From the NCBI GenBank assembly GCA_045863295.1, contig BTWA01000009.1, positions 127,106-191,105 of the forward strand: a DNA stretch of 64,000 nucleotides, given 5' to 3'. This document shows, piece by piece, positions 48,161 through 58,175 of the stretch. Under the pieces are notes generated by a model. It did not search any database, had not been told where the DNA came from, and saw only the letters and a program-made list of their open reading frames with translations. Within the stretch, counting starts at the first letter, position 1, and the number at the start of each line of letters is the position of its first letter. Made by a program: the position numbers and the translations under genes. This DNA is from Candidatus Hydrogenedentota bacterium. GTDB taxonomy: Bacteria > Hydrogenedentota > Hydrogenedentia > Hydrogenedentales > SLHB01.

Positions 48161-49060
48161 ATGCGATTTTCCGGTCGCTTCGCGATCTTTGCGGTCATTG
48201 GATTGGTGGCGCTGGCAATCGGCGTCAGTGCCTTTCGAAAGGCCCCGGAGGATGAGAAAACCGAGTCGGACTTTCTAAGTGACATTCGCGAGGGCAAGAT
48301 CCAGGGGGCACCGGGATCAACGTCAGAAGGCGCCCTTTCCGGCGGGGAGTATTCCGGACCCATCATCGATCCAACGGTGCTGGACATGGGCACAATCAGC
48401 CATCTCGAACCTACAACCAAAACCCTCATGGTAACCAATCGTGGCAAACGCGATATGGAAGTGGAATTTGTACAACCCATGTGTCCGTGCACGTATGCGG
48501 AAATCAAAGTCAAACGGACGAATCAAGCCGGCCTCGAGGTGGGAGTGTTCAAAGCAGGCAGTTCGACCCCCATGGATGTGACCGTCTATCCGGATCGGGT
48601 GTCTTCATTCGAATCCGATGTGGAGTTAATCCTGCACTCGCCGGACGTGGATGGCCGCCAGATGTCGATGCGGGTAAAATCGAAAATCGATCCCGAGTTC
48701 GAGTTTGAACCGGCGGAATTCAATTTCGGACCCGTTCGGCTGACCGAGCCAAAGGAAATCAAATTGACCATTCGCCAGACCGGTGAGCATTTGTATGACG
48801 TCCTGAGCATGAAGCCGGGCAAGCTTGGTAGCCTCGCCGGCGACGCGGCCGTCATGTCTGGCGACACGTGGTACACGGCATCATTCGAACCGGCTCCGAA
48901 GGAATCGTGGCGCGACCCGAATTATGCGGAATGGATTGCGACCGTAACGCTGCTTCCGGGCGCGCATTCGGGGCCGTTGACTGACAATTTGGAACTGGAT
49001 ACGACAGCGCCGCGCTTTAAGCCGTTGTTGATGCCGATTCAAGCCACCATTCTTCCGTAA
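48161..49060 (+). CDS. DUF1573-like Ig-fold membrane-anchored protein
   Basis: N-terminal TM, DMGTI...NRG...PMCPCT. Confidence 0.7.
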   Translation: MRFSGRFAIFAVIGLVALAIGVSAFRKAPEDEKTESDFLSDIREGKIQGAPGSTSEGALSGGEYSGPIIDPTVLDMGTISHLEPTTKTLMVTNRGKRDMEVEFVQPMCPCTYAEIKVKRTNQAGLEVGVFKAGSSTPMDVTVYPDRVSSFESDVELILHSPDVDGRQMSMRVKSKIDPEFEFEPAEFNFGPVRLTEPKEIKLTIRQTGEHLYDVLSMKPGKLGSLAGDAAVMSGDTWYTASFEPAPKESWRDPNYAEWIATVTLLPGAHSGPLTDNLELDTTAPRFKPLLMPIQATILP

Positions 49061-49120
49061 GACGAGTGTTTAGATTGCCGTCGGCGTAGGGCGGCGAACG
49101 ATTCGTGAGGAGATGCCCCC

Positions 49121-50359
49121 GTGAGACGAGGAAAAGGCCCGCTTGTGGCCGCCGCTTTGACTGTAGTTGTGGTTTTGGGTGCAATCGCCTATTTTCGGTC
49201 CGAGCCCGTGCAATCCGGATCGAGCACCGATGATTTTCTTGAGGAGGCGCGCCTTGCGCGTGAAGCGGGACAGGGATCAACCTCGACCGAGGGGTTGCTG
49301 GCGGCGAAGGAGGGCGGATCGACAGAGCCACGGATTGAGGTGCCGACCAACGAATTTGATGTCGGCGTGATTTCGCATAAAGAGGCCACGGTCAAGGAAT
49401 TGTTGGTGAAGAATTCCGGCGGAAGGCCGCTCATCATATCCGACATACGCACTACCTGCGGGTGCACGACGGGCCACTTCGCCAGCGCGAAGAAAGGCGA
49501 AGGCGGCAAACCTGTAACGACGATCCTGCCGGGTCACGAAGAAACCCTGTTGATTACGATTGATCCTTTCCGGATACCCAGCTTCACCTCCAGCAAGACC
49601 CTGACACTGCAAACCAACGATCCGGCGCGGCCTGCAATGGACATTATCGTGAAGGCGACGGTCGATCCGGAGTTTGTTGTACCGGAAGACGAACTCCGTT
49701 TCGGGGAAGTGGAGCAGGGCAAGCCCGCGGAAAAGACCATGGTCATGAAGCAAACCGGCGAAGATTTCTACGAAATTACTTCGATTGAACCGGGGGCGCG
49801 CGTGACCGGCACGGCGACAATTTCGGCCGCCGTCAAGCCGATGTCGGATGAGGGGGGGCAGCTTTACACGCTAAGCATGTCCGAACGCCCCAAGGACCAG
49901 TGGTCCGATCCCAAATACAAGGAATGGAACATACACGCCAGTATCTCGGGAGATCTGCCACCGGGGTTGTTCACCGATCATATCTGGTTGGCGACCACCG
50001 CGCCGAGGTATAAAAAGCTGCGCATAACGCTGTCCGCAATGGTCACATCGTTCTATAAAGTCGATCCGTCTATTATGTCGCTTCGCAGCGGCGTCCTTCC
50101 GGGCGACGAGGACGTGACATCGGTAACGGTATCCGCCGATCAGCCCTTGGAAATCAGCGAACTTTCGATTACCGGCGATGACCTGATTGTCCGCAGTTCG
50201 CCCGGCGATACGGCCAATAGCGTGAAACTGAATTTGAGTATTGCGCCGAGTTCCGATCTTGGCCTCAAGAATGAAGTCCTGACGTTTGACGTGAAGGTGG
50301 GTGGCCGGACGGCGAAGCACACCATGCGGACTTTTGTTTCCGTGAAAAAACCGTCATAA
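49121..50359 (+). CDS. DUF1573-like Ig-fold membrane-anchored protein (paralogue of the upstream gene)
   Basis: FDVGVI...KNSGGRPLII...TTCGCT...TNDP. Confidence 0.75.
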   Translation: MRRGKGPLVAAALTVVVVLGAIAYFRSEPVQSGSSTDDFLEEARLAREAGQGSTSTEGLLAAKEGGSTEPRIEVPTNEFDVGVISHKEATVKELLVKNSGGRPLIISDIRTTCGCTTGHFASAKKGEGGKPVTTILPGHEETLLITIDPFRIPSFTSSKTLTLQTNDPARPAMDIIVKATVDPEFVVPEDELRFGEVEQGKPAEKTMVMKQTGEDFYEITSIEPGARVTGTATISAAVKPMSDEGGQLYTLSMSERPKDQWSDPKYKEWNIHASISGDLPPGLFTDHIWLATTAPRYKKLRITLSAMVTSFYKVDPSIMSLRSGVLPGDEDVTSVTVSADQPLEISELSITGDDLIVRSSPGDTANSVKLNLSIAPSSDLGLKNEVLTFDVKVGGRTAKHTMRTFVSVKKPS

Positions 50360-50407
50360 TCTCCAAGCTTGCACAACGCTGCACCGCAACCTGCATGGAG
50401 ATCGGGG

Positions 50408-50791
50408 ATGGGTCTGTTCGGAAAACGTGAAGACAAGTCCGCATCCGCGGAGGCCATCAGCGCTACGGCGCCAATTCCCGGCCGCACGATCTGGTGCGGC
50501 GAATGCAAGACTTCGCGTGCGTTCAGCAAATGTTGGAAGCGCATGGGGTTTATCATCCAATGTCCAGGGTGCGGCGTGCCGTTCGACAATCTGGACGCGA
50601 TTTACGGCAAGCATCAGCCGATTTGTCCGCGTTGCGGCGAGTATTTGGAGCATCCTGGCTTCGAATACGGAGAATGCGACGCGTGTCATTCCAAATATGA
50701 ACTGGTTGAGGGGGCCAAGCCAGGGCTCCTGCCGAATAAACAACAACGGGCGCGTATGGAGAAGTATGGAAAAGTATGGACTCGAGAATGA
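50408..50791 (+). CDS. Small multi-zinc-ribbon protein
   Basis: CGEC, CPGC, CPRC, CDAC; GGAG RBS; stop overlaps next gene. Confidence 0.7.
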   Translation: MGLFGKREDKSASAEAISATAPIPGRTIWCGECKTSRAFSKCWKRMGFIIQCPGCGVPFDNLDAIYGKHQPICPRCGEYLEHPGFEYGECDACHSKYELVEGAKPGLLPNKQQRARMEKYGKVWTRE

Positions 50792-52236
50792 AGCCCTTGA
50801 ACATCGACGCGGTCCGGAGCGCCCTTGCGGACCATGGACAGGATCACGTTCTTCAGTTTTGGGAACAGCTCAAGCCGAAAGATCAGGAAACGCTTTTTGA
50901 TCAGGTTTCCTCTATCGACTTTGCGCTCATGGATCGACTTGTGCGCGAATGGGTGTTGAGTGAACCTCCCGCCGAACACTTCGACCACATTACTCCGGTA
51001 CCCACAATTCCCATCGTTGAACCCAGTCGGGCCGATTGCCGGCAGGCTCTGGCAGCCGGCGAAGAAGCATTGCGCGCGGGTAAGGTAGGCCTCTTGCTTG
51101 TGGCCGGCGGACAAGGCACGAGACTGGGGTTTCCCGGACCGAAGGGCGCGTATCCGATTGGGCCTATTACGAAGCGATCCATCTTTGCGTACCACGCGGA
51201 CAAGATTCGTTATGCCCAAAGGCGGTACGGATGCACGCTCCCCTGGTACATCATGGTCAGCGATGCCAATCAACACGAAACCCGGTTGTTCTTCAAAGCG
51301 AACAACTACTTCGGGCTGCGCGAGAAAGACATAACCTTCTTTACCCAACGCATGGTTCCCTGCGTGGATTCGTCGGGCAAGTTCCTTCTGGAATCGCCCG
51401 GTTCCCTCGCCATGAATCCGAACGGGCACGGTGGGACTATTCCTGCCTTGGTGGAAAATGGGATCATAGAAGACGCGCGGTCGCGCGGCGTTGAGATGCT
51501 CAGCTACTTTCAAGTGGACAATTGGGCCGTGAAAGTGGCGGACCCTTATTTTATCGGCTATCACGCGTTACGTGGGGCCGAAGTGTCCTCCAAGATTCAC
51601 CGCAAGGTGGCGGCGCGCGAGTCGGTTGGCGTGCACTGCGTGTGCGACGGCGTCTATCGGACCATAGAGTATTCTGAACTCGATATCTATCCGCAATTGC
51701 TTGAATTGGACAGTCAGGAGAATCTGATTCATTTCGCGGGCAACCCGGCCATTCACATTTACGGCGTGGACTTTCTTCAGCGCGTGTTCGACACGTTTGA
51801 TACGTTTCCCTGGCATCGTGCCTTTAAAAAGATTCCCTACGTCGACACTTCTGGCAGAACAGTGCAACCTTCGGAGCCGAACGGTTACAAGTTCGAGACG
51901 TTCATTTTCGATTCGCTACAGTTTTGCGGGAAGGAACCGGTCTACCTGGAAATTGCGGCAGCGGGCGAATACACGCCTATCAAATCCTACGAAGGCGACA
52001 ATAGCGTCGTTTCGGCATGGCAATCGATGTCCAATTACTGGGGCGCTTGGTTCGATGCGGCGGGTGTGCCGCTTCCGCGCGATGGAAAAGGCAATGTCAC
52101 CGTTCCGCTGGAGATTAATCCAGAATACGCCTACTACAAAGAGGAATTTGTATCCAAAGTAAATGGCAGCCAGATTCCGTCGGGATGCGGGATCGCTATT
52201 GCCGCAAACGGATCCATTCAGGCTCAGACGGCGTAG
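50788..52236 (+). CDS. UDPGP-family (UAP1-type) UDP-sugar pyrophosphorylase
   Basis: AGGQGTRLG..GPKG, PNGHGG, QVDN, EYSE, KFETFIFD. Confidence 0.92.
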   Translation: MKPLNIDAVRSALADHGQDHVLQFWEQLKPKDQETLFDQVSSIDFALMDRLVREWVLSEPPAEHFDHITPVPTIPIVEPSRADCRQALAAGEEALRAGKVGLLLVAGGQGTRLGFPGPKGAYPIGPITKRSIFAYHADKIRYAQRRYGCTLPWYIMVSDANQHETRLFFKANNYFGLREKDITFFTQRMVPCVDSSGKFLLESPGSLAMNPNGHGGTIPALVENGIIEDARSRGVEMLSYFQVDNWAVKVADPYFIGYHALRGAEVSSKIHRKVAARESVGVHCVCDGVYRTIEYSELDIYPQLLELDSQENLIHFAGNPAIHIYGVDFLQRVFDTFDTFPWHRAFKKIPYVDTSGRTVQPSEPNGYKFETFIFDSLQFCGKEPVYLEIAAAGEYTPIKSYEGDNSVVSAWQSMSNYWGAWFDAAGVPLPRDGKGNVTVPLEINPEYAYYKEEFVSKVNGSQIPSGCGIAIAANGSIQAQTA

Positions 52237-52260
52237 GCATTGCACCTAGCAAAGATAGAC

Positions 52261-52292
52261 GGGGCACACGCGGCGTATCACGCGTGTGCCCC
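52261..52292. terminator. Hairpin between convergent genes
   Basis: Perfect 12-bp stem GGGGCACACGCG/CGCGTGTGCCCC. Confidence 0.7.
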
Positions 52293-52336
52293 ATTTCATT
52301 AATGGTCAGCTAATCGGCCGCGAATCAGAAACGGGG

Positions 52337-53197
52337 TTACTCTTCGCCGCCCTCGTCTCCGCCCTCGTCAGCCTCACCTTCGTCGCCGCCTTCGTCGTCG
52401 GCGTCTTCGTCCTCATCGCCTCCGTCATCGGCGTTATCCGATTCCTCTTCGGATTCGTCGACATCGCTTTCTTCCATTACTTCTTCTTCTTCTTCTTCCA
52501 TTTCTTCAGATTCAAATTCTTCCTCGTACGATTCGTATTCCTCAATCGCCTCAAAGCTTTCGTATGAAGACTCTTCTTCAGCGACAATGGTCTGTTCCTC
52601 GACCGACCACTCTTCGCTCATTTCCTCTACGACGGACACACTGACCTCTTCGTAATAGCTGTAGTCATACGATTCAGCGGTTTCCCATTCTATGGTCTCG
52701 GTGTCCACTGCGACGATCTTCTTGCTTTCCGGTTCCCATTCCGCGATGCGAAGATTCGGCGCATCCTCCGCCGATTCGACATCCGCGACCCAGCCGATGC
52801 CACCGGCTTTCGTAATCGAGTCATCTTTTACGACCATTACCTGCTTTTTGTTCAGGTAGGCGGTCGCCAGATCGCCGGTATAACGGATTTCGAGCAGGTT
52901 CTGGCCCTTCTGCAGCTTCGCCACTTCCGCACGCAACAGTTCTTCCTCGCCACCCTTCACGGCAAATATGGCGAGTAAATCCTCGTCCCCGAGATAAACG
53001 GCAAGATAGTAATTCTCGGAATCCTGAACACGCCAGGCAAGTCCCGCTGCCGCGTTGGCAGCGGTATTTGCAGGTAGTTCCATCCATACTACCCCGTCTT
53101 CGATTTGGGACTGTTCGTCCCATTCGAATAGGGTATCGGCCCCCGCCAATCCGGTTGATGCACACAACAGAACAAAGCAAAACAGTAACGTTCTCAT
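52337..53197 (-). CDS. Secreted protein with beta-sandwich-like domain and long Asp/Glu-rich tail
   Basis: Signal peptide; AGLAWRVQDSENYY; acidic low-complexity C-terminus. Confidence 0.7.
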   Translation of the reverse strand: MRTLLFCFVLLCASTGLAGADTLFEWDEQSQIEDGVVWMELPANTAANAAAGLAWRVQDSENYYLAVYLGDEDLLAIFAVKGGEEELLRAEVAKLQKGQNLLEIRYTGDLATAYLNKKQVMVVKDDSITKAGGIGWVADVESAEDAPNLRIAEWEPESKKIVAVDTETIEWETAESYDYSYYEEVSVSVVEEMSEEWSVEEQTIVAEEESSYESFEAIEEYESYEEEFESEEMEEEEEEVMEESDVDESEEESDNADDGGDEDEDADDEGGDEGEADEGGDEGGEE

Positions 53198-53412
53198 TGA
53201 TCCCCCTTTGACAGCAATGGTGGCGTTGGCACGCCGGACAGTCTTGTTTTTCCCAGCACAAAATCTGGCGAAAAGATGCGAGAGTATAGGAGCAGCCTAC
53301 CGGACTTTCAAGCTTCGAAACTTCGCCGTGCTAATGCCCTTTTCGGCTTTGCGCCAAGTTCGGTATTTACGGACGACGAGAATCGATGAAACGCCGAGGG
53401 AAAGGGTGTGCC

Positions 53413-54375
53413 CTACTCTTGCGCGGTTGGAGGCGAAACAACGAGAGAGAGCGCTGCAGGAAGAATCTCAATAGCGGCAGGCAACTTACCCGGTTGTTCC
53501 CCATCCAGATTAAGAAGCACTTCCTCGTCGGATTGTGCGACCACGCGTGAGGCGGTGTAAGTGGATACGATGTCGTGCAATTCCAGATAGGTTCCATTAT
53601 ACAAGCGGGGCAGGCATCGCAACGCGCGCAAGAACTTTACGGGATGGATGAGCACAACACGGAAATGGCCTCCGTCCATCTTCGAATCTGGGGCAATATG
53701 AATGCCGCCGCCGTAGTAGCGACCCTTGGCAACAACAACATTGAGAATATCCAGTTCCTGCACGGTGCCGTCGATTTGTAATGTCACATGCCTTGACTTG
53801 AAGGTCATCAGCGTACGCACAAGAGCGCCCAGAAAAGTAAGAAACGGGCCAAAACGTTTGCTGCCTTTGTTCACACGCGCCGTGACAGCTCCGCCAATTC
53901 CAAAGTCCGCGATGTTGATGAAGTAGCGCACGTCAGTTCCGCCATCGGGCGATGTAAATGTGACGCGGCCGACGTCCACGAGCATTCGGTGGCCGCCGTT
54001 GAGCAGCGGCAGGGCATCGCGGTGATTCAACACTCCCAAGGTACGGGCTAAATCCGAACCCGTTCCGTGTGGGTAGATCGCCATGGCCGCGCTTGGGTTT
54101 ACGGGCAGGTAGCCATCAAAAAACCCGTTCAACACTTCGTGATGCGTGCCATCGCCGCCCACGCTAACGATCCGATCATGACCGTCCTGCAATGCGCGGC
54201 GCGTTAGCTCCGAAGCGTGCCCGGGCCGCTGCGTGGTGAGGAGCGTGAAATCGTCGAGAACCTCCCGGAAACTGCGCTCAATGTGCGGCCATTGTTTTGC
54301 GGTCCGCCCGTTTTGTGAGGCGGGATTGACGACAACCGCGATCTTTTTCGGGTGGTCCGCGCCGGACATGGTCAC
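53413..54375 (-). CDS. Diacylglycerol/lipid kinase family (YegS/DAGK)
   Basis: NPAS, GGDGT, GTGSDLAR, YYGGG, LDGE. Confidence 0.92.
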   Translation of the reverse strand: MTMSGADHPKKIAVVVNPASQNGRTAKQWPHIERSFREVLDDFTLLTTQRPGHASELTRRALQDGHDRIVSVGGDGTHHEVLNGFFDGYLPVNPSAAMAIYPHGTGSDLARTLGVLNHRDALPLLNGGHRMLVDVGRVTFTSPDGGTDVRYFINIADFGIGGAVTARVNKGSKRFGPFLTFLGALVRTLMTFKSRHVTLQIDGTVQELDILNVVVAKGRYYGGGIHIAPDSKMDGGHFRVVLIHPVKFLRALRCLPRLYNGTYLELHDIVSTYTASRVVAQSDEEVLLNLDGEQPGKLPAAIEILPAALSLVVSPPTAQE

Positions 54376-55805
54376 ACGCGCACGTCCGACTTGACGCCCA
54401 ACGCGGTTTTATTGCGATTCAAGACGGGATCGATAAACTGCGTGACGAAATCCACCGTTTGTTCCGGCGCGCGGCCTACAAACTTCCTCAAGTCCAACGT
54501 TTCGCGAATCTCGGCCGCGTCAAGCGTGATCGCGGGGTCCTTTACAAGGCGTTCCAGTAGGTCATTTTCCTTGCCTTCCTGCTTCACCTGCGCGGAGGCC
54601 GCCTGCGAGTGCGTGCGAATGACTTCGTGCAACTCCTGTCGATCGCCTCCCCGCTTCACACACTCCATAAGGATGTTTTCCGTGGCCATGAACGGCAACT
54701 CTGCCATGAGGTGTTTCTCGATAACTTTCGGGTACACAGCGGGTGCTTCCATTACACTGAGGTACAGATTGAGCACCGCGTCGGCGGCAAGAAAGGCTTC
54801 CGGCAGACTGATGCGACGAATTGCGGAATCATCGAGAGTCCGTTCGAACCACTGTGTGGCCGTGGTGAATGCACCGTGCAATGGAACCGTCATGAGAAAG
54901 CGGCCAAGGGCGCACGCACGCTCGCATTGCATGGGATTACGTTTGTAGGCCATGGCCGAACTGCCGATTTGCTTTTCACCGAAGGGTTCTTCGATTTCTT
55001 TCATGTGAGCCAGGAGCCGCATGTCCGTGGCGAATTTGTGCACGCTTTCGCCAATGCCCGCGAGCACCTGCAACACCAGCGTATCTACTTTGCGCGGATA
55101 CGTCTGACCGGTGACGGGATAGGAAGACGAGAAACCCAACTTCTCCGCCACCAATTGATCGAGTTTGCGTACCTTGTCGTGATCGCCGTTGAACAATTCG
55201 AGGAACGAGGCTTGCGTGCCCGTGGTGCCCTTTACGCCGCGGCATTTTAAACGCGCAATGGCCTGCTCCAGATTCTCAATGTCGAAGAGCAGGTCCTGCG
55301 CCCAGAGGCAGGCCCGTTTGCCGACCGTGACTACCTGCGCGGGCTGGTAGTGCGTATAGCCGAGCGTGGGAAGGTCCCTCCACTTCAATGCGAAGTCCTT
55401 TAGCCGCGCCATCACGTTGACCGCCTTGGCGAGCAACAGTCCGAGACCCTCGCGCAAGAGAATCAGATCCGTGTTGTCACCCACGTAGCAGCTTGTTGCG
55501 CCAAGGTGAATGATGGGCTTCGCCTTCGGTGCAACCAGCCCATATGCATGTACATGCGCCATTACGTCGTGCCGAAGGTCGCGCTCGAACTTGGCGGCCG
55601 CGTCGAAATCGATGGAATCGACGTGCGCGCGCATCTCTGCGAGTTGCTCGTCGGTGATGGGTAGTCCCAACTCCTGTTCTGCCTCGGCCAATGCGATCCA
55701 ACAGCGCCTCCATGTGGAAAATTTTCGCTGTGCGCCCCATAACTCTGCCATCGGCCGGGTGGCAAAGCGTTCGACAAGGGGGGTGATATACAATTCGTTA
55801 CTCAA
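54372..55805 (-). CDS. purB: Adenylosuccinate lyase
   Basis: RHDVMAH, HLGATS, TLGYTHYQPAQ, GSSAMAYKRNP; TTG start overlapping the TPR gene. Confidence 0.95.
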   Translation of the reverse strand: MSNELYITPLVERFATRPMAELWGAQRKFSTWRRCWIALAEAEQELGLPITDEQLAEMRAHVDSIDFDAAAKFERDLRHDVMAHVHAYGLVAPKAKPIIHLGATSCYVGDNTDLILLREGLGLLLAKAVNVMARLKDFALKWRDLPTLGYTHYQPAQVVTVGKRACLWAQDLLFDIENLEQAIARLKCRGVKGTTGTQASFLELFNGDHDKVRKLDQLVAEKLGFSSSYPVTGQTYPRKVDTLVLQVLAGIGESVHKFATDMRLLAHMKEIEEPFGEKQIGSSAMAYKRNPMQCERACALGRFLMTVPLHGAFTTATQWFERTLDDSAIRRISLPEAFLAADAVLNLYLSVMEAPAVYPKVIEKHLMAELPFMATENILMECVKRGGDRQELHEVIRTHSQAASAQVKQEGKENDLLERLVKDPAITLDAAEIRETLDLRKFVGRAPEQTVDFVTQFIDPVLNRNKTALGVKSDVRV

Positions 55806-56646
55806 TCCACGAACTCCGATCCGGGGTGCCCAGGCGCTTCTCCGCCCGCTGCCACCGCTTTTGCAGGTTTTCCGGTATGAAAGCATTGAACAGGCCAAAG
55901 AACCGGGATTTGACCCTCGACAGCCGTTCCTTGGCTGGTTCGTTGCCCGGATCCAATTCCAAGGCGCGATTGTAATAGAAAGCCGCTGGCTCATATAAGC
56001 GCAAGGAGGCAAACGTATCACCCAGATACAGCCAGCTAATGGGAACCCTGGCATTCAAATGGGCGGACTCGGCAAAGTAGGCCGCCGCCCATGTACTCAA
56101 ACCGGCGTTCAGCAGCGCCCAACCGGCCAAGAGCGCCGGTTCCCATCGATCGTTGGACACGCGCAACGCCTCATCAAACCACTGAACCGCCTCAAACCGG
56201 CGGTCGACATCTTCAAGCAAGTGCAGCTCTCCCCGAACACACCGGGCATACCACAGATTCTCGGGCGGTTCGATGCTTATCTGACTGAGGTTCTGCGCCT
56301 CTTCAAAATGCCCCATATGTCCCAATACCAACGCGCGGGATGCATACAAGGCACGGACTTTGCGATATGCGCTAAGTGCCTGCTCCGATACGACGTTAGC
56401 CTCCGCCAAAGCGTTGGCGCGCACAAGACTGTCGATACGCTCGACCCAAGCCGCATGATTGTGCTCATCATACCCAATGGATTTCTGGAAATAGGCGGCC
56501 GCGTCTTTAAAGTATCCTGCATTTCGCATCTGCCGTCCAATTTTGTAGCATCCCGGACCGTCCGTGGGTAGGGCCGTGGCAACCGATATGTTGGGAATTC
56601 TCTTGCTTCCCTTTTCGTCGAATTCAAGCCAGTCAAACCGGTCCAT
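55798..56646 (-). CDS. TPR-repeat protein
   Basis: Helical repeats, e.g. WLYLGDTFASLRLYEPAAFYYNRALELDP. Confidence 0.8.
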   Translation of the reverse strand: MDRFDWLEFDEKGSKRIPNISVATALPTDGPGCYKIGRQMRNAGYFKDAAAYFQKSIGYDEHNHAAWVERIDSLVRANALAEANVVSEQALSAYRKVRALYASRALVLGHMGHFEEAQNLSQISIEPPENLWYARCVRGELHLLEDVDRRFEAVQWFDEALRVSNDRWEPALLAGWALLNAGLSTWAAAYFAESAHLNARVPISWLYLGDTFASLRLYEPAAFYYNRALELDPGNEPAKERLSRVKSRFFGLFNAFIPENLQKRWQRAEKRLGTPDRSSWIE

Positions 56647-56650
56647 GGCG

Positions 56651-58174
56651 CTACTTCTTAGCCGAGTTGCGTTGGTTGGACGAAACCGGCCGTGCTCGAT
56701 CGGCGGACCACGTCCGCAGTTCCGCGATGCGTTCGCGCATGGTGACGGAAAGCGGGACCGTCTCCCCGATGCTCCTCGCGATGTCCCGAGTATCCAGTTC
56801 GCGATGGTCGAAGAAACTGTCGTGCATGGCGGAGACAATGGCCTGTTCCAGTTCCGCTCCGCTGAAGCCATCGCTTAACTCTGCCAGTTCGTCGAGGCCA
56901 AAGTTAGCTGAATTCCGGTTCTTCTTCGCGAGGTGTATCGCGAGGATTTCTTTTCGTTCTTCGGCCATGGGCAGATCGACGAAGAAGATTTCGTCGAGGC
57001 GGCCTTTACGCAAGAGTTCGGGCGGCAATCCCTGAACGTTGTTTGCTGTGGCAACCACGAATACAGGAGCGGTCTTTTCCTGTATCCACGTGAGAAAGGT
57101 GCCCACCACGCGCGCCGTGGTACCGGCATCCGTGCTGCTTGAACCTTCCACGCCGGAGAACGCCTTTTCGATTTCGTCGATCCACAACACAATCGGCGCA
57201 AGGGATTCCGCGAGCGTCACCGCTTTGCGCATGTTCAATTCGCTGCTGCCGATATAGCCCTGGAATATCCGGCTCATGTCCATCCGCAATAGGGGCAACC
57301 TCCAGGACGAGGCGATGGTCTTTGCGATCAGACTCTTGCCGCAACCCTGCACACCCATCAGTAGAATGCCCTTGGGCTGAGGGAGGCCGTATTTGCGTGC
57401 TTCCGGGCTGAACGCGCGTATGCGTTTTCCCAGCCAGTCCTTCAGCAAGTCCATACCGCCTACGGCCGACAGATCCTCAGAAACGTCGTAGTATTCCAGC
57501 ACGCCGGACTTGCGGATGACTTGGCGCTTCTCACGCGCCACGGCATCGACATCGTCCGCATCCAGCGACTGATCGCTCACAATCGCCATGGCGAAGGCGT
57601 TTTCCGCTTCAGTGAGGGTGAGACCTTGCGCCGCCTTGATAATGGCGTCGCGGTCCGCGTCGGTCAGGCGCACCTGAAACTTTCGCTGGCTGCCGCCGAT
57701 GGATTTGTTCAGCAATTCATTGAGTTCATCGTAGCCGGGCAACGGCAAATCGAGTATGGACAGCGACTTCTCCAACTCCGACGGCACGGTCAGGTTGGGG
57801 GAGACGAGAATAATCGTTTTACGGGTGCGACGGAGTGCCTGACCGAGATCGCGCAATTGGCGCACGATCTCCGGAGATTCGAGATAGGTGTGAAAGTCCT
57901 TGAGAATGTATATGGCCGGAATATTGGTTTGCAGGACCTCATTCAACACGGCAAGCGGTTCACGCGATCGTTTGCCTGCTTGCGGCGGTTCCTGCGACGC
58001 AGTCATGCATCGCAGACCGTCGGTAATGCTCCACTCGAACAAAGACTTCTGCTGCGTCTGGGCGACTTCCATAATCATCCTGCGGGCACGATCTTCTTCC
58101 CATGTCACGATATAGATCAGGGAATGGCGCGCTCGGATGAGCAGATCCAGCTCTCTGAGAAAGTCGGTCTTCAT
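56651..58174 (-). CDS. Ycf46-like AAA+ ATPase
   Basis: Degenerate N-terminal AAA (ILKDFH); GVQGCGKS, WIDEIEK, LPPELLRKGRLDE. Confidence 0.9.
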   Translation of the reverse strand: MKTDFLRELDLLIRARHSLIYIVTWEEDRARRMIMEVAQTQQKSLFEWSITDGLRCMTASQEPPQAGKRSREPLAVLNEVLQTNIPAIYILKDFHTYLESPEIVRQLRDLGQALRRTRKTIILVSPNLTVPSELEKSLSILDLPLPGYDELNELLNKSIGGSQRKFQVRLTDADRDAIIKAAQGLTLTEAENAFAMAIVSDQSLDADDVDAVAREKRQVIRKSGVLEYYDVSEDLSAVGGMDLLKDWLGKRIRAFSPEARKYGLPQPKGILLMGVQGCGKSLIAKTIASSWRLPLLRMDMSRIFQGYIGSSELNMRKAVTLAESLAPIVLWIDEIEKAFSGVEGSSSTDAGTTARVVGTFLTWIQEKTAPVFVVATANNVQGLPPELLRKGRLDEIFFVDLPMAEERKEILAIHLAKKNRNSANFGLDELAELSDGFSGAELEQAIVSAMHDSFFDHRELDTRDIARSIGETVPLSVTMRERIAELRTWSADRARPVSSNQRNSAKK

Positions 58175-58175
58175 G

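Noticed and set aside
52340..52520. TCx/TTC periodic repeats as a CRISPR or satellite
   Set aside because: They are codon repeats of the acidic protein tail; there is no repeat-spacer structure or cas gene.
55806..56054. Long N-terminal extension of purB in the ORF track
   Set aside because: It overlaps the TPR gene; PurB similarity starts near TTG 55805.
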